DNA of 41,156 nt, from positions 1 to 41,156 of the forward strand of contig JBIIYK010000002.1 in assembly GCA_044346845.1 (NCBI GenBank), written 5' to 3'. The position numbers and the translations under genes were made by a program. Under the pieces are notes generated by a model. The model saw only the letters and a program-made list of their open reading frames with translations, was not told the DNA's origin and searched no databases. This stretch comes from Minisyncoccia bacterium. GTDB taxonomy: Bacteria > Patescibacteriota > Minisyncoccia > Phycocordibacterales > GWA1-40-21. This document shows positions 1 to 7,370 of the stretch, one piece after another. The first letter of the stretch is position 1. Each line of letters begins with the position of its first letter.

Positions 1-213
1 CTCTCGACAAATTTCCTCTACCTTATCAGTAAAAGTTTGTCCTTTGTAATACCTGTGACCTGGATAGCCTTCAGAATATTTATTGGTAAATTTTGAACCT
101 AAGGCCTCCAGAACATCATTTGAAACGTAGTTTTCAGAAGCAATCAAGGAAATAGTTTTTTTCTGCCTCAGCTCCTCTGCCTTTATCAACTTCTCAATCT
201 GTTTATCTTTCAT
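1..213 (-). CDS. glyA: Serine hydroxymethyltransferase, N-terminal fragment (gene runs off the window)
   Basis: Manual reverse-complement translation from the ATG at 211-213 gives [59 protein letters not shown]. It contains the SHMT N-terminal signatures LIASENY and NKY.EGYPG.RYY. It is absent from the ORF track because it is partial. Confidence 0.9.
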   Translation of the reverse strand, partial: MKDKQIEKLIKAEELRQKKTISLIASENYVSNDVLEALGSKFTNKYSEGYPGHRYYKGQTFTDKVEEICRE

Positions 214-226
214 GATGTTTATTTTA

Positions 227-344
227 TCAAACATAAGTTCAAATTATGTTTATTATCTCATCAAACATAGTTCAAACTATTCACGCTTCACCCTTCCCGA
301 GTACGGGTGGGTCCTACGCAATGAAAAATTTGAACTATGTTTGA
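227..344. repeat. Three copies of a 16-17 nt motif TCAAACATA(A)GTTCAAA: 227-243 and 261-276 are direct; 329-344 is inverted and forms a perfect 16-bp inverted repeat with 261-276
   Basis: Direct reading: tcaaacataagttcaaa (227-243), tcaaacatagttcaaa (261-276), tttgaactatgtttga (329-344, the exact reverse complement of 261-276). The motif sits in the glyA/thyA divergent intergenic region. Confidence 0.8.
281..320. other. GC-rich imperfect hairpin enclosed by the 16-bp inverted repeat (candidate structured leader RNA or protein-binding cruciform)
   Basis: The sequence cacgcttca-cccttcccg-agta-cgggtggg-tcctacgca has an inner stem CCC..CCCG/CGGG.GGG. On the minus strand the flanks UGCG/CGUG can pair using G-U pairs. 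It is a local G+C spike in an AT-rich spacer. Confidence 0.35.
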
Positions 345-417
345 TTTAAATTGTTAATATCTTAATATAATACCAGACAAACACCAAAAATAAAATACTG
401 CACTAACCAGTATAAAG

Positions 418-426
418 TGCTATAAT
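418..426 (+). promoter_or_regulatory. Extended -10 promoter element (TGcTATAAT) for thyA-folA
   Basis: gTGcTATAAT lies at 418-426, 34 nt upstream of the thyA ATG. There is no good -35, which is consistent with an extended -10 promoter. Confidence 0.5.
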
Positions 427-460
427 TCTAGGACATTTTATTAGTAATAATTTAAAGCCC

Positions 461-1393
461 ATGTTTGAAAACACCGCGCAAATGAAGCCTTTTTCCGAGA
501 GAACCGCTGATACTCAGTATCAGGATTTGTTAAGAAAGATAATGAAAGAGGGAGTCCGTACAGCCACACAGCTAGATACTGACGCCATTACCTTGATGGC
601 ACCTGGACCAATGCATTTCAAACTAGAAAATGGTTTCCCCATGATTACTGAACGAAACATGGCCCCTAAAGAATCTGAGCACCTAAAAGTAACAATTTGG
701 AAACAAGCCATTGCTGAAATTTTAGGTTTTCTAAATGGAGCCAGGACCCTGGCACAGTTAGAAGAATTTGGTTGTTCCTGGTGGGCACCTTGGGGCACAG
801 AAGAAAAATGTAAAAAAAGAGGCTTAGAAACCGGTGACCTTGGACCAGGTTCTTATGGCGCCGCCTTTCATGATTTCCCTATGATAGATGGAGACACTTA
901 TAATCAGTTTAAAAATATTGTTGAGCAAATAAAAGAAAAGCCTCATCTTCGTACACATTTTATCACCCCTTGGATTCCTCAATACACCATACGAGGCAGT
1001 GGCAAACAACAGAAAGTAGTGGTAGCCCCTTGTCACGGATGGATTCATCTTAGAATTATAGACAACAAACTTACTTTGCACATGATTCAAAGATCTGGTG
1101 ATGTACCAGTGGGCGTCCCCTCAAATATGGTTCAGTATGGTGCCCTCACTATGGCCATGGCGCAAGCAACTGGCACTATCCCCTACGAATTTATTCACAC
1201 GATATCAGATGCCCATATCTACGTTGATCAAGTACCTGCAGTAGAAATCATGCTGGCCCGTGAACCAAAAAAGTTTCCGACTATGAAAATCAATACAGAT
1301 AAAAAAGACATCTTTGAATTCAGAAAGGATGATTTTGAATTATCTGATTATGAACCACATCCAGGCATAAAAGCTATTCCCGTAGCAATATAA
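461..1393 (+). CDS. thyA: Thymidylate synthase (ThyA family, divergent)
   Basis: ThyA landmarks present: GDLGP.YG, APCH (catalytic Cys), QRSGDV, PSN, DAHIY, and the C-terminal PHPGIKA.PVAI. The gene lies directly upstream of folA. Confidence 0.85.
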   Translation: MFENTAQMKPFSERTADTQYQDLLRKIMKEGVRTATQLDTDAITLMAPGPMHFKLENGFPMITERNMAPKESEHLKVTIWKQAIAEILGFLNGARTLAQLEEFGCSWWAPWGTEEKCKKRGLETGDLGPGSYGAAFHDFPMIDGDTYNQFKNIVEQIKEKPHLRTHFITPWIPQYTIRGSGKQQKVVVAPCHGWIHLRIIDNKLTLHMIQRSGDVPVGVPSNMVQYGALTMAMAQATGTIPYEFIHTISDAHIYVDQVPAVEIMLAREPKKFPTMKINTDKKDIFEFRKDDFELSDYEPHPGIKAIPVAI

Positions 1394-1399
1394 AATAGT

Positions 1400-1885
1400 A
1401 TGAGCATATCAATAATTGGAGCCGTGGCTAAAAATGGAGTGATTGGAATAAAGAATGCCTTACCTTGGCGGCTTTCAGCTGATTTAAAATATTTTGCCAA
1501 AACAACAACTGGTAAATCCGTAGTAATGGGTAAAAACACCTTCAACTCTATCTTAGAAAAACTTGGCCAACCGTTACCTAATAGAAAAAATTACGTTCTT
1601 TCTAAAAAAGAAATGTCCTTACTGGGAGCCACAGTGATAGATGATATTTCAAAAATAAAAGAAATTAATGATGAGGTTTTTATCATTGGTGGCGCAAGTA
1701 TATATGAACAAACCATGTCTTTGGCAAATAAGCTTTATATTACCGAAGTTGACTGTGAACCCCTTGGTGATGCTTATTTCCCCGCTCTTGATAACAAAGA
1801 TTGGAATTTAGTCAGTGAGGATCCTCATTTGAAAGATGAGAAAAATGAATACAACTATAATTTCAAAATATATGAACGAAAATAA
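1400..1885 (+). CDS. folA: Dihydrofolate reductase
   Basis: IIGAVAKNGVIGIKNALPW.L..DLKYFAKTT.G..VVMGKNTF.S and IIGGASIY match the DHFR signature. Confidence 0.9.
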   Translation: MSISIIGAVAKNGVIGIKNALPWRLSADLKYFAKTTTGKSVVMGKNTFNSILEKLGQPLPNRKNYVLSKKEMSLLGATVIDDISKIKEINDEVFIIGGASIYEQTMSLANKLYITEVDCEPLGDAYFPALDNKDWNLVSEDPHLKDEKNEYNYNFKIYERK

Positions 1886-2390
1886 GAAATTTGTCCAAAA
1901 AGAAAATACCAGAAAAGAAGACCAGAAAAACGTCTATAATAAGATTGAAGGTGAGGGTCATTGCCCTTTTTGTGAAGAGAATCTCCTAACTTATCATAAA
2001 CTGCCAATTATAAAAACTGGTAAATACTGGACCCTAACGAACAATCAATGGCCTTATGATAAAATAAAAAACCAATTATTAGCTGTTTATAAAACACATA
2101 TTGAACATATCCAAGAAATGGATCCTGAAGCGGGTAAAGAATTGATTGAACTTTTTAGTGAAGAATGTAAAAAGAGGAATATCCCAGGAGGTGGTATTGC
2201 TATGCGTTTTGGTTCAAATCCAGAGCTTGGTACTTATGGAAGCTCTGTCCTACATCTCCATGCTCACCTTATTGAGCCAGATCTTGGTGCGCTCAAAAGT
2301 GATGAAGCCTGGAAATTCAAATTTGGTCAGCCAAAAAACTACAAAAAAGCTGAGTCTAAAATTATTGACAATGGTCAGAAAAAAGTATAG
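1872..2390 (+). CDS. HIT-family nucleotide hydrolase/transferase (canonical histidine triad)
   Basis: CPFC zinc motif and histidine triad HLHAHLI. The ORF track starts at 1836 inside folA; the ATG at 1872 (MNENKK) is the more likely start. Confidence 0.8.
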   Translation: MNENKKFVQKENTRKEDQKNVYNKIEGEGHCPFCEENLLTYHKLPIIKTGKYWTLTNNQWPYDKIKNQLLAVYKTHIEHIQEMDPEAGKELIELFSEECKKRNIPGGGIAMRFGSNPELGTYGSSVLHLHAHLIEPDLGALKSDEAWKFKFGQPKNYKKAESKIIDNGQKKV

Positions 2391-2449
2391 TTTGAGTTTT
2401 GAATTAGTTGTTCTAAGGTAAAAAAATCGGCAAAGAAAGGCTGGATTAG

Positions 2450-3028
2450 ATGAAAAGTCGAGTGGAAATAGAAGGTCTCAGCAATGAAGACGTAAACTCT
2501 CTTCTGACCATGAGAAACTACAAGTACCACTGTGACACAGTGAAGCAACTCTTGAAGGGAGAGTGCCCCTTCTGTAAACTTGATCGCGAGAAAAACCAGG
2601 TCATCTTCGAATCATCCATGTGGATAGCATTCAAGGTGCCGGTCCAATACCGCGCCAAACATCTCCAGGAACACGTCCTGATTATTCCCGTGCGTCACGT
2701 GACACACATTCGGGAACTGAATATCGAAGAGTGGACAGACTTCGCTTCCGCCATCTATATCGTTGATAGTCTGGTTGACCTCCCGGGTGGTGGTTTCATT
2801 ATGCGTTTCGGCGACCCTGCTAAAAACGCCGGTAGCGTTCGGCACCTACACGGAAACATCATCGTGCCCGACGGAACCGGCGAGTACAGGACCCCTCTGG
2901 CCAAGGACCCGGCGGAAGACGAGAAGAAGTGGCTTATCATGGCCGTGTATGAGAAGATGCGTGCTGGCGGAATACCGTTCGACAAACTCGAGCCCCATGA
3001 ACAGGAACTCGTGAAAGATCGGATGTAA
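2450..3028 (+). CDS. HIT-superfamily protein with a variant triad (H-L-H-G-N); GC-rich paralog of the preceding gene
   Basis: CPFCKL zinc motif and GGGFIMRFG...GSVRHLHGNIIVPD, which parallels GGGIAMRFG...SSVLHLHAHLIEPD in HIT-1. A sampled 60-nt block is about 55% G+C versus about 23% in the neighbouring gene. Confidence 0.75.
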   Translation: MKSRVEIEGLSNEDVNSLLTMRNYKYHCDTVKQLLKGECPFCKLDREKNQVIFESSMWIAFKVPVQYRAKHLQEHVLIIPVRHVTHIRELNIEEWTDFASAIYIVDSLVDLPGGGFIMRFGDPAKNAGSVRHLHGNIIVPDGTGEYRTPLAKDPAEDEKKWLIMAVYEKMRAGGIPFDKLEPHEQELVKDRM

Positions 3029-3047
3029 CTCGGTCAGCAAACAATAG

Positions 3048-3077
3048 ATGGGCGGGGCACAACTGTGTCCCGCCCAT
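3048..3077. terminator. Bidirectional rho-independent terminator between convergent genes
   Basis: 13-bp stem ATGGGCGGGGCAC / GTGTCCCGCCCAT with loop AACT and T-rich tails on both strands. Confidence 0.75.
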
Positions 3078-3100
3078 TATCTTTATCTTCATAATTTTAC

Positions 3101-3934
3101 CTACTGCACAAAAAATATTTCTATGCCTTTGGTTTTCATGATTCCTTCACCATCAAGCACACCATAACCTTCTTTATAATAAATTTTTTTGATACCAGAA
3201 TAGGCAATAAGTTTAGCACAAGGCGGACAAGGAAAAGCCGTCACATATATTTCTGCTCCCTCTAAAGACAAACCCTGACGGGCCGCCTCAGCAATCAAAC
3301 TAGCCTCCGCATGAATGGCGGTGGAAAGCTCTAAACATTCACCTTTATGAAAAGCGTTACGCGGATCACCATCAGCGTAAGGAATATGTTCTGACGGAAC
3401 GTGATGGTTATGACCAATCAAAATAGCTTTTCCGTCCTTTACAATAACCGATCCCACGTGACGCCACCAATCACTGCTTTTCTCCGCCTCCCCCTCTGCC
3501 ATCATTATCATTTTTTTAGAAAATTCATCACTGGTAATCACTTGGTCATTGGCAATTTTATTTTCTCGCACAGAATTCCTTCTATCCCAACGTAAAAAAA
3601 TATTATCAAAAGTAACTTTTTTATCAGCTAAATATTTTTCTACAAAATTATGGGAAATGTCATCGTCCGGCATAATTATCTCCCCTAGAAAAGAAGTGAT
3701 CTCAGTTATTCTGGCTTTAGTTAAAATTTCTATCCTCAGGTTAAAACCCAAAGCCTCCAGGCTTTTTTTCATCAATTCCGGATTCAAAGCCCGAATTTCC
3801 TTAGCTAAATAGTCACTCTCATCAATTAGATCTTGGCCCCAGAGATAGAGCACGCCCGCATCCTCATGAGTACTAACAAATTTCCTATACCCCTCATGCA
3901 AGACCGGTATATAGGCAAAAATAATTTTAGACAT
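3101..3934 (-). CDS. dCMP (deoxycytidylate) deaminase with an uncharacterized N-terminal extension of about 130 aa
   Basis: The C-terminal half has the zinc motifs HAE (HAEASLI) and PCPPCAKLI of the cytidine/dCMP deaminase family. The N-terminal half has no motif I recognise. Confidence 0.8.
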   Translation of the reverse strand: MSKIIFAYIPVLHEGYRKFVSTHEDAGVLYLWGQDLIDESDYLAKEIRALNPELMKKSLEALGFNLRIEILTKARITEITSFLGEIIMPDDDISHNFVEKYLADKKVTFDNIFLRWDRRNSVRENKIANDQVITSDEFSKKMIMMAEGEAEKSSDWWRHVGSVIVKDGKAILIGHNHHVPSEHIPYADGDPRNAFHKGECLELSTAIHAEASLIAEAARQGLSLEGAEIYVTAFPCPPCAKLIAYSGIKKIYYKEGYGVLDGEGIMKTKGIEIFFVQ

Positions 3935-3935
3935 C

Positions 3936-4562
3936 TTATTTCATCTTACCCCTTACTTCTTTTATATCACTCAGCACCTCTTCAATAATGTTCATAATTT
4001 TAGGCGTTAAAGCCTGACCTAGACTCTTGGCTGTCCCAATCTGGAGTTTTCTGATTTTAGCACTAGTAGAAGTAGTGGCCATAGGTTCAAGCACAACCAC
4101 CTCACCGCAATATTTCTTAAGTTCTTTTAGTTGTTTTTTATTATAAGTTTCCTTGGTGGCAATCAAAACATCCGGCTTCACCGTTTTTATTAAATGCCAT
4201 TTAGGATGATTGAGTTCTTTCAAAACCACCACATCCACCGGGCGCAAGTGAGCAACCATCTCTAGTCTTTCCTCCTGTGGCACCACCGGTCTCTCTGGAC
4301 CCTTTCTATCACGAACTTTTTCATCGCTATCCACTCCAATCACCAAAATATCTCCATGCTTTTTAGCTTCTTCAAAATATCTAGCGTGTCCAATGTGAAC
4401 CATATCATAAGTCCCTTGGGTTAAAACTACTCGTAAGCCTAAACCCTTGCAGTGGCTAATAGTTTTCTCTAGATTTTTATAATCTGAAATATACCTTTTA
4501 TTAAAATTAGAAGCTTGTCCAAAAATAGACTTATCTAAAACAATATTACTTTTACCATTCAT
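3936..4562 (-). CDS. Cytidylyltransferase-family nucleotidyltransferase (TagD/RfaE-domain-II-like)
   Basis: The sequence VVLTQGTYDMVHIGHARYFEEAKKHGD.LVIGVDSD fits the (T/H)xGH nucleotidyltransferase motif of the cytidylyltransferase family. Confidence 0.7.
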   Translation of the reverse strand: MNGKSNIVLDKSIFGQASNFNKRYISDYKNLEKTISHCKGLGLRVVLTQGTYDMVHIGHARYFEEAKKHGDILVIGVDSDEKVRDRKGPERPVVPQEERLEMVAHLRPVDVVVLKELNHPKWHLIKTVKPDVLIATKETYNKKQLKELKKYCGEVVVLEPMATTSTSAKIRKLQIGTAKSLGQALTPKIMNIIEEVLSDIKEVRGKMK

Positions 4563-4580
4563 GGGGTTAATTTTACACCC

Positions 4581-4620
4581 AATAAAACAAAAAACAACCC
4601 TTGATTAAGGATTGTTTTTT
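4581..4620 (-). terminator. Rho-independent terminator downstream of rplK
   Basis: Stem ACAACCCTT / AAGGATTGT (8 of 9 bp) flanked by an A-run and a T-run. On the minus strand the hairpin is followed by UUUUUUGUUUUAUU. Confidence 0.6.
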
Positions 4621-4646
4621 GTTTGTAATATTAGTAAACCAATTAA

Positions 4647-5072
4647 TTAGCCTTTAATTTCCACACCCATAGAACGGCAGGAGCCCTCGATAATTTTCAT
4701 TGCAGCGTTGATATCATTGGCATTCAAATCTGGCATCTTTTTCTCAGCAATAGCCTTAACTTGAGCGCGAGTGATAGTACCAGCCTTCTTAACTGTCTGC
4801 TTGCCGGAACCACCTTCAATACCAGCGGCTTTTAAGATTAAGCCAGTTGCTGGTGGAGTCTTTAGTCTAAAATCATAAGTTCTGTCCTCATAGACAGTAA
4901 TTTCTACAGGAACAATATCCCCCATCATTTTAGCGGTAGCAGCGTTAAACTTTTGAACAAAGTCACCAATGTTTATACCAGCCTGTCCAAGAGCAGGGCC
5001 TACTGGTGGAGCTGGGTTAGCCTTACCAGCTGGGATTTGAAGTTTTAATTTTTTAGTTATTTTCTTTGCCAT
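4647..5072 (-). CDS. rplK: 50S ribosomal protein L11
   Basis: [27 protein letters not shown]...FNA is the L11 signature. Confidence 0.95.
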   Translation of the reverse strand: MAKKITKKLKLQIPAGKANPAPPVGPALGQAGINIGDFVQKFNAATAKMMGDIVPVEITVYEDRTYDFRLKTPPATGLILKAAGIEGGSGKQTVKKAGTITRAQVKAIAEKKMPDLNANDINAAMKIIEGSCRSMGVEIKG

Positions 5073-5208
5073 TTTATTGTTTAATTACCTGATTTAGAAG
5101 CGAATCAGATTTCTAATAAAAGCGATATTCTATCCTTGTATTAACTCCTCAACTCGGAAACAAAAATTACTATTCCTTGTTTCTCTCATTTTACGTCGTT
5201 AATAATAC

Positions 5209-5754
5209 TTAAATTCTTCTGATTTGCAACATATCAAGCTCGACGGAAGTCTCGCGACCAAACATCAAGACTAACACTTTTACCTTACCACGGTCATTAT
5301 CAATCTCTGAAACCTTACCTTCCAAATCCTTAAAGGGACCGTCAGTAATAATCACTGCATCATCTATCACCAAACCGCTATTATGTTTAACGGTATTAGC
5401 ATTCATTCGGCTGAAAATGTTATCAATCTCCTCTTTACTTAATGGTACAGGAAAAACTCCAGAACCCACAAAACCGGTAACGCGTGGGGTGTTACGAACA
5501 ACATACCAAGAATCATCTGTTACCGTCATGTCCACCAAAACATATCCTGGATATATCTTCTCTTCTTCTTCTATTCTTTTTCCACCCTTAACCTTTATTT
5601 TTTTCTCAATTGGAACAATCACTTCAAAAATCTTATCATTCATGTTTAGTGAATCAATTCTTTGTTTTAGATTTCTAGCCACCGCATTTTCATAACCGGC
5701 ATAAGTATGAATGGCATACCAATTTCTTCCTTCTTGTATATTTTGTTTAGCCAT
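5209..5754 (-). CDS. nusG: Transcription termination/antitermination factor NusG
   Basis: WYAIHTYAGYENAV N-terminal NGN domain, C-terminal KOW motif (GKVSEID...GKVKVLV), and secE-nusG-rplK synteny. Confidence 0.9.
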   Translation of the reverse strand: MAKQNIQEGRNWYAIHTYAGYENAVARNLKQRIDSLNMNDKIFEVIVPIEKKIKVKGGKRIEEEEKIYPGYVLVDMTVTDDSWYVVRNTPRVTGFVGSGVFPVPLSKEEIDNIFSRMNANTVKHNSGLVIDDAVIITDGPFKDLEGKVSEIDNDRGKVKVLVLMFGRETSVELDMLQIRRI

Positions 5755-5759
5755 GATTT

Positions 5760-5939
5760 TTATATAAATAACTTAACACCCATAGTAAATAGATAATCAA
5801 AGGCTCCAAGGAAGAAAGCCACGATAATAGAAAAAACAGCCACAATTACGGTAAATAAAACCGCTTGATTTCTTGTAGGCCAGCTAACATGTTTTAGCTC
5901 CCCTTTTGTTTCCTTTAAATATTCGGTGAATTGAGACAT
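5760..5939 (-). CDS. secE: Preprotein translocase subunit SecE (59 aa, below the ORF-track length cutoff)
   Basis: Manual translation: MSQFTEYLKETKGELKHVSWPTRNQAVLFTVIVAVFSIIVAFFLGAFDYLFTMGVKLFI. It has the SecE hallmark E.K.V.WPTR followed by one TM helix, and it lies immediately upstream of nusG. Confidence 0.85.
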   Translation of the reverse strand: MSQFTEYLKETKGELKHVSWPTRNQAVLFTVIVAVFSIIVAFFLGAFDYLFTMGVKLFI

Positions 5940-6012
5940 ATTTTTCTTGAATTAACAAACCTTTTCTTATTAAAAAACCCCGTCTCCGAGGTCATTTCAT
6001 ATTACTACACTC

Positions 6013-6055
6013 CCAAATAAAAAGCAACCCCCTTGTTGCTTTAACAATGGGGGTT
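6013..6055 (-). terminator. Rho-independent terminator of the 6054..6356 ORF
   Basis: On the minus strand: AACCCCCAUUGUU-AAAGC-AACAAGGGGGUU followed by GCUUUUUAUUU. The hairpin overlaps the stop codon. Confidence 0.7.
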
Positions 6056-6356
6056 ACCGGTGTGGGACTAGAGCACTTCTGGCGTCCTTGATCATCGCCT
6101 CAAGCTGTTTGGGATCATGACTATCATAGACCCCAAAGATCCTGTTAGGCATATGTTGGACATAATATAAGCGATGGCCTCCTATTGGCGTCTTTCCCCG
6201 CCAATTTGAAACATCCTTGTCCTGACTTCCACTGAAATTGGTTTCCCACCATTCGTTTGTGGATAGATCAACTTCTATGTTGTCGGGCTTTGTTCCAAGA
6301 ACCTTAATACTGGAGTCTTGTCCCAGCATTAAGTAGACAAGATCATCTTCTTTCAT
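6054..6356 (-). CDS. Hypothetical protein (100 aa), GC-rich orphan with a strong Shine-Dalgarno site
   Basis: AAAGGAG (complement of 6362-6368) lies 5 nt before the ATG. The gene has its own terminator. A sampled block is about 53% G+C. No recognisable motif. Confidence 0.6.
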   Translation of the reverse strand: MKEDDLVYLMLGQDSSIKVLGTKPDNIEVDLSTNEWWETNFSGSQDKDVSNWRGKTPIGGHRLYYVQHMPNRIFGVYDSHDPKQLEAMIKDARSALVPHR

Positions 6357-6435
6357 TTAGGCTCCTTTCATTCAAACTAGTTTGTTCAAGATCTACCTAA
6401 AAGAATAGCCCCTAGGGACTAAATAAGCAAGCATT

Positions 6436-6466
6436 AAAAGAACCCTAATTTCTCAGGGTTCTTTTA
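6436..6466. terminator. Bidirectional terminator hairpin downstream of the SIMPL-domain gene
   Basis: aaaaGAACCCTaatttctcAGGGTTCtttt: a 7-bp GC-containing stem flanked by an A-run and a T-run. Confidence 0.7.
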
Positions 6467-6492
6467 AACTATTTTAGACTAGTTTAAAATAA

Positions 6493-7347
6493 TTATTTTA
6501 TCTCGTAGGTAATACTAACATTGGAAGTAATTTTATTCTCTCCCATAGGAACCTGCGGTGCCACAGCGCTGTCACCACCCATACCCAGGGCCATACTTTT
6601 ATTCATTTCATAATAGACTGGATAATTTCCATTCTCAGAAAACGCGGTAATTTTTACTAACCTTACCCCAAGTCCCTTAGCTAAAATTTTGGCCTGATCT
6701 TTGGCATCCACAATCGCTAAATCCCTGGCCTGATCTTTTACTTCATCTTGGTTATCTACAGTAAAGGTAAGCCCACTTACATCAGTGACTCCAAGAGTAC
6801 CGACACCAGAAAGAATTTCTCCTGCCTTGCTGATATCTCTAATTTTGACTTCCACGGTTTGTGACACAACATAAGCAGCTAAGGTTTGCTTGCCGCCACT
6901 ATAAGGGTAAATATCAGCTCGTAAATAATCATAACGTGGGTAAATATTATAATTAGTTAACTTAATATCTTTCTCAACTACACCTTTTGTTTTTAATAGA
7001 TCAATGATGCCATTCATCTTGGTTGTAGCTTCTGTTTGAGCCTTGGCTACGTCCATATTCTCTGATGTCACGCCAAAAGAAACTGTGGCAATATCTGGTT
7101 TAACCATCACCTCACCTTTTCCAGTAACAGTGATAGTGTCTTTTTGAATATCATTTCCACGCCAACCGTCATGTCCGCCAAAAATAGCTTTACCAATAAA
7201 GATAATGACCAAAACTAAAATTATAAAACCGACTATTTTATGTCCCCTACCTTTCATACAAACCGCCGGGCACCAACCCACACTCTGGCACATCTTACAA
7301 CCGCAACCTTCATTGCAAGAATTCGTATTTTGATTATTTGTTTCCAT
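6493..7347 (-). CDS. SIMPL-domain (DUF541) membrane-anchored protein with a Cys-rich N-terminal tail
   Basis: The body, V.G.G.V.V.PD.A...FGV......A..A.......M..I...L...GV...DI.T, is typical of SIMPL/DUF541. The N-terminus CNEGCGCKMCQSVGWCPAVC (7 Cys) precedes one TM helix. Confidence 0.7.
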   Translation of the reverse strand: METNNQNTNSCNEGCGCKMCQSVGWCPAVCMKGRGHKIVGFIILVLVIIFIGKAIFGGHDGWRGNDIQKDTITVTGKGEVMVKPDIATVSFGVTSENMDVAKAQTEATTKMNGIIDLLKTKGVVEKDIKLTNYNIYPRYDYLRADIYPYSGGKQTLAAYVVSQTVEVKIRDISKAGEILSGVGTLGVTDVSGLTFTVDNQDEVKDQARDLAIVDAKDQAKILAKGLGVRLVKITAFSENGNYPVYYEMNKSMALGMGGDSAVAPQVPMGENKITSNVSITYEIK

Positions 7348-7370
7348 TTGATTATTTTAGAAAAAAGTAA

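Noticed and set aside
281-320. Naming the glyA-leader hairpin as a specific riboswitch class (ZTP/pfl or THF/THF-II)
   Set aside because: I could not find the conserved ZTP elements (GGGUCG...GACUGGCG and CCGCCUGGGC) or reproduce a THF consensus from memory. Only the genomic context is suggestive, so it is kept as an unnamed candidate pending a covariance-model search.
227-344. The 16-17 nt glyA/thyA motif as LexA boxes or NrdR boxes
   Set aside because: The motif reads GAAC-N4-TTTG, only half of the GAAC-N4-GTTC palindrome that is present in perfect form at dinB. It bears no resemblance to the ACACwAtATaTwGTGT NrdR box.
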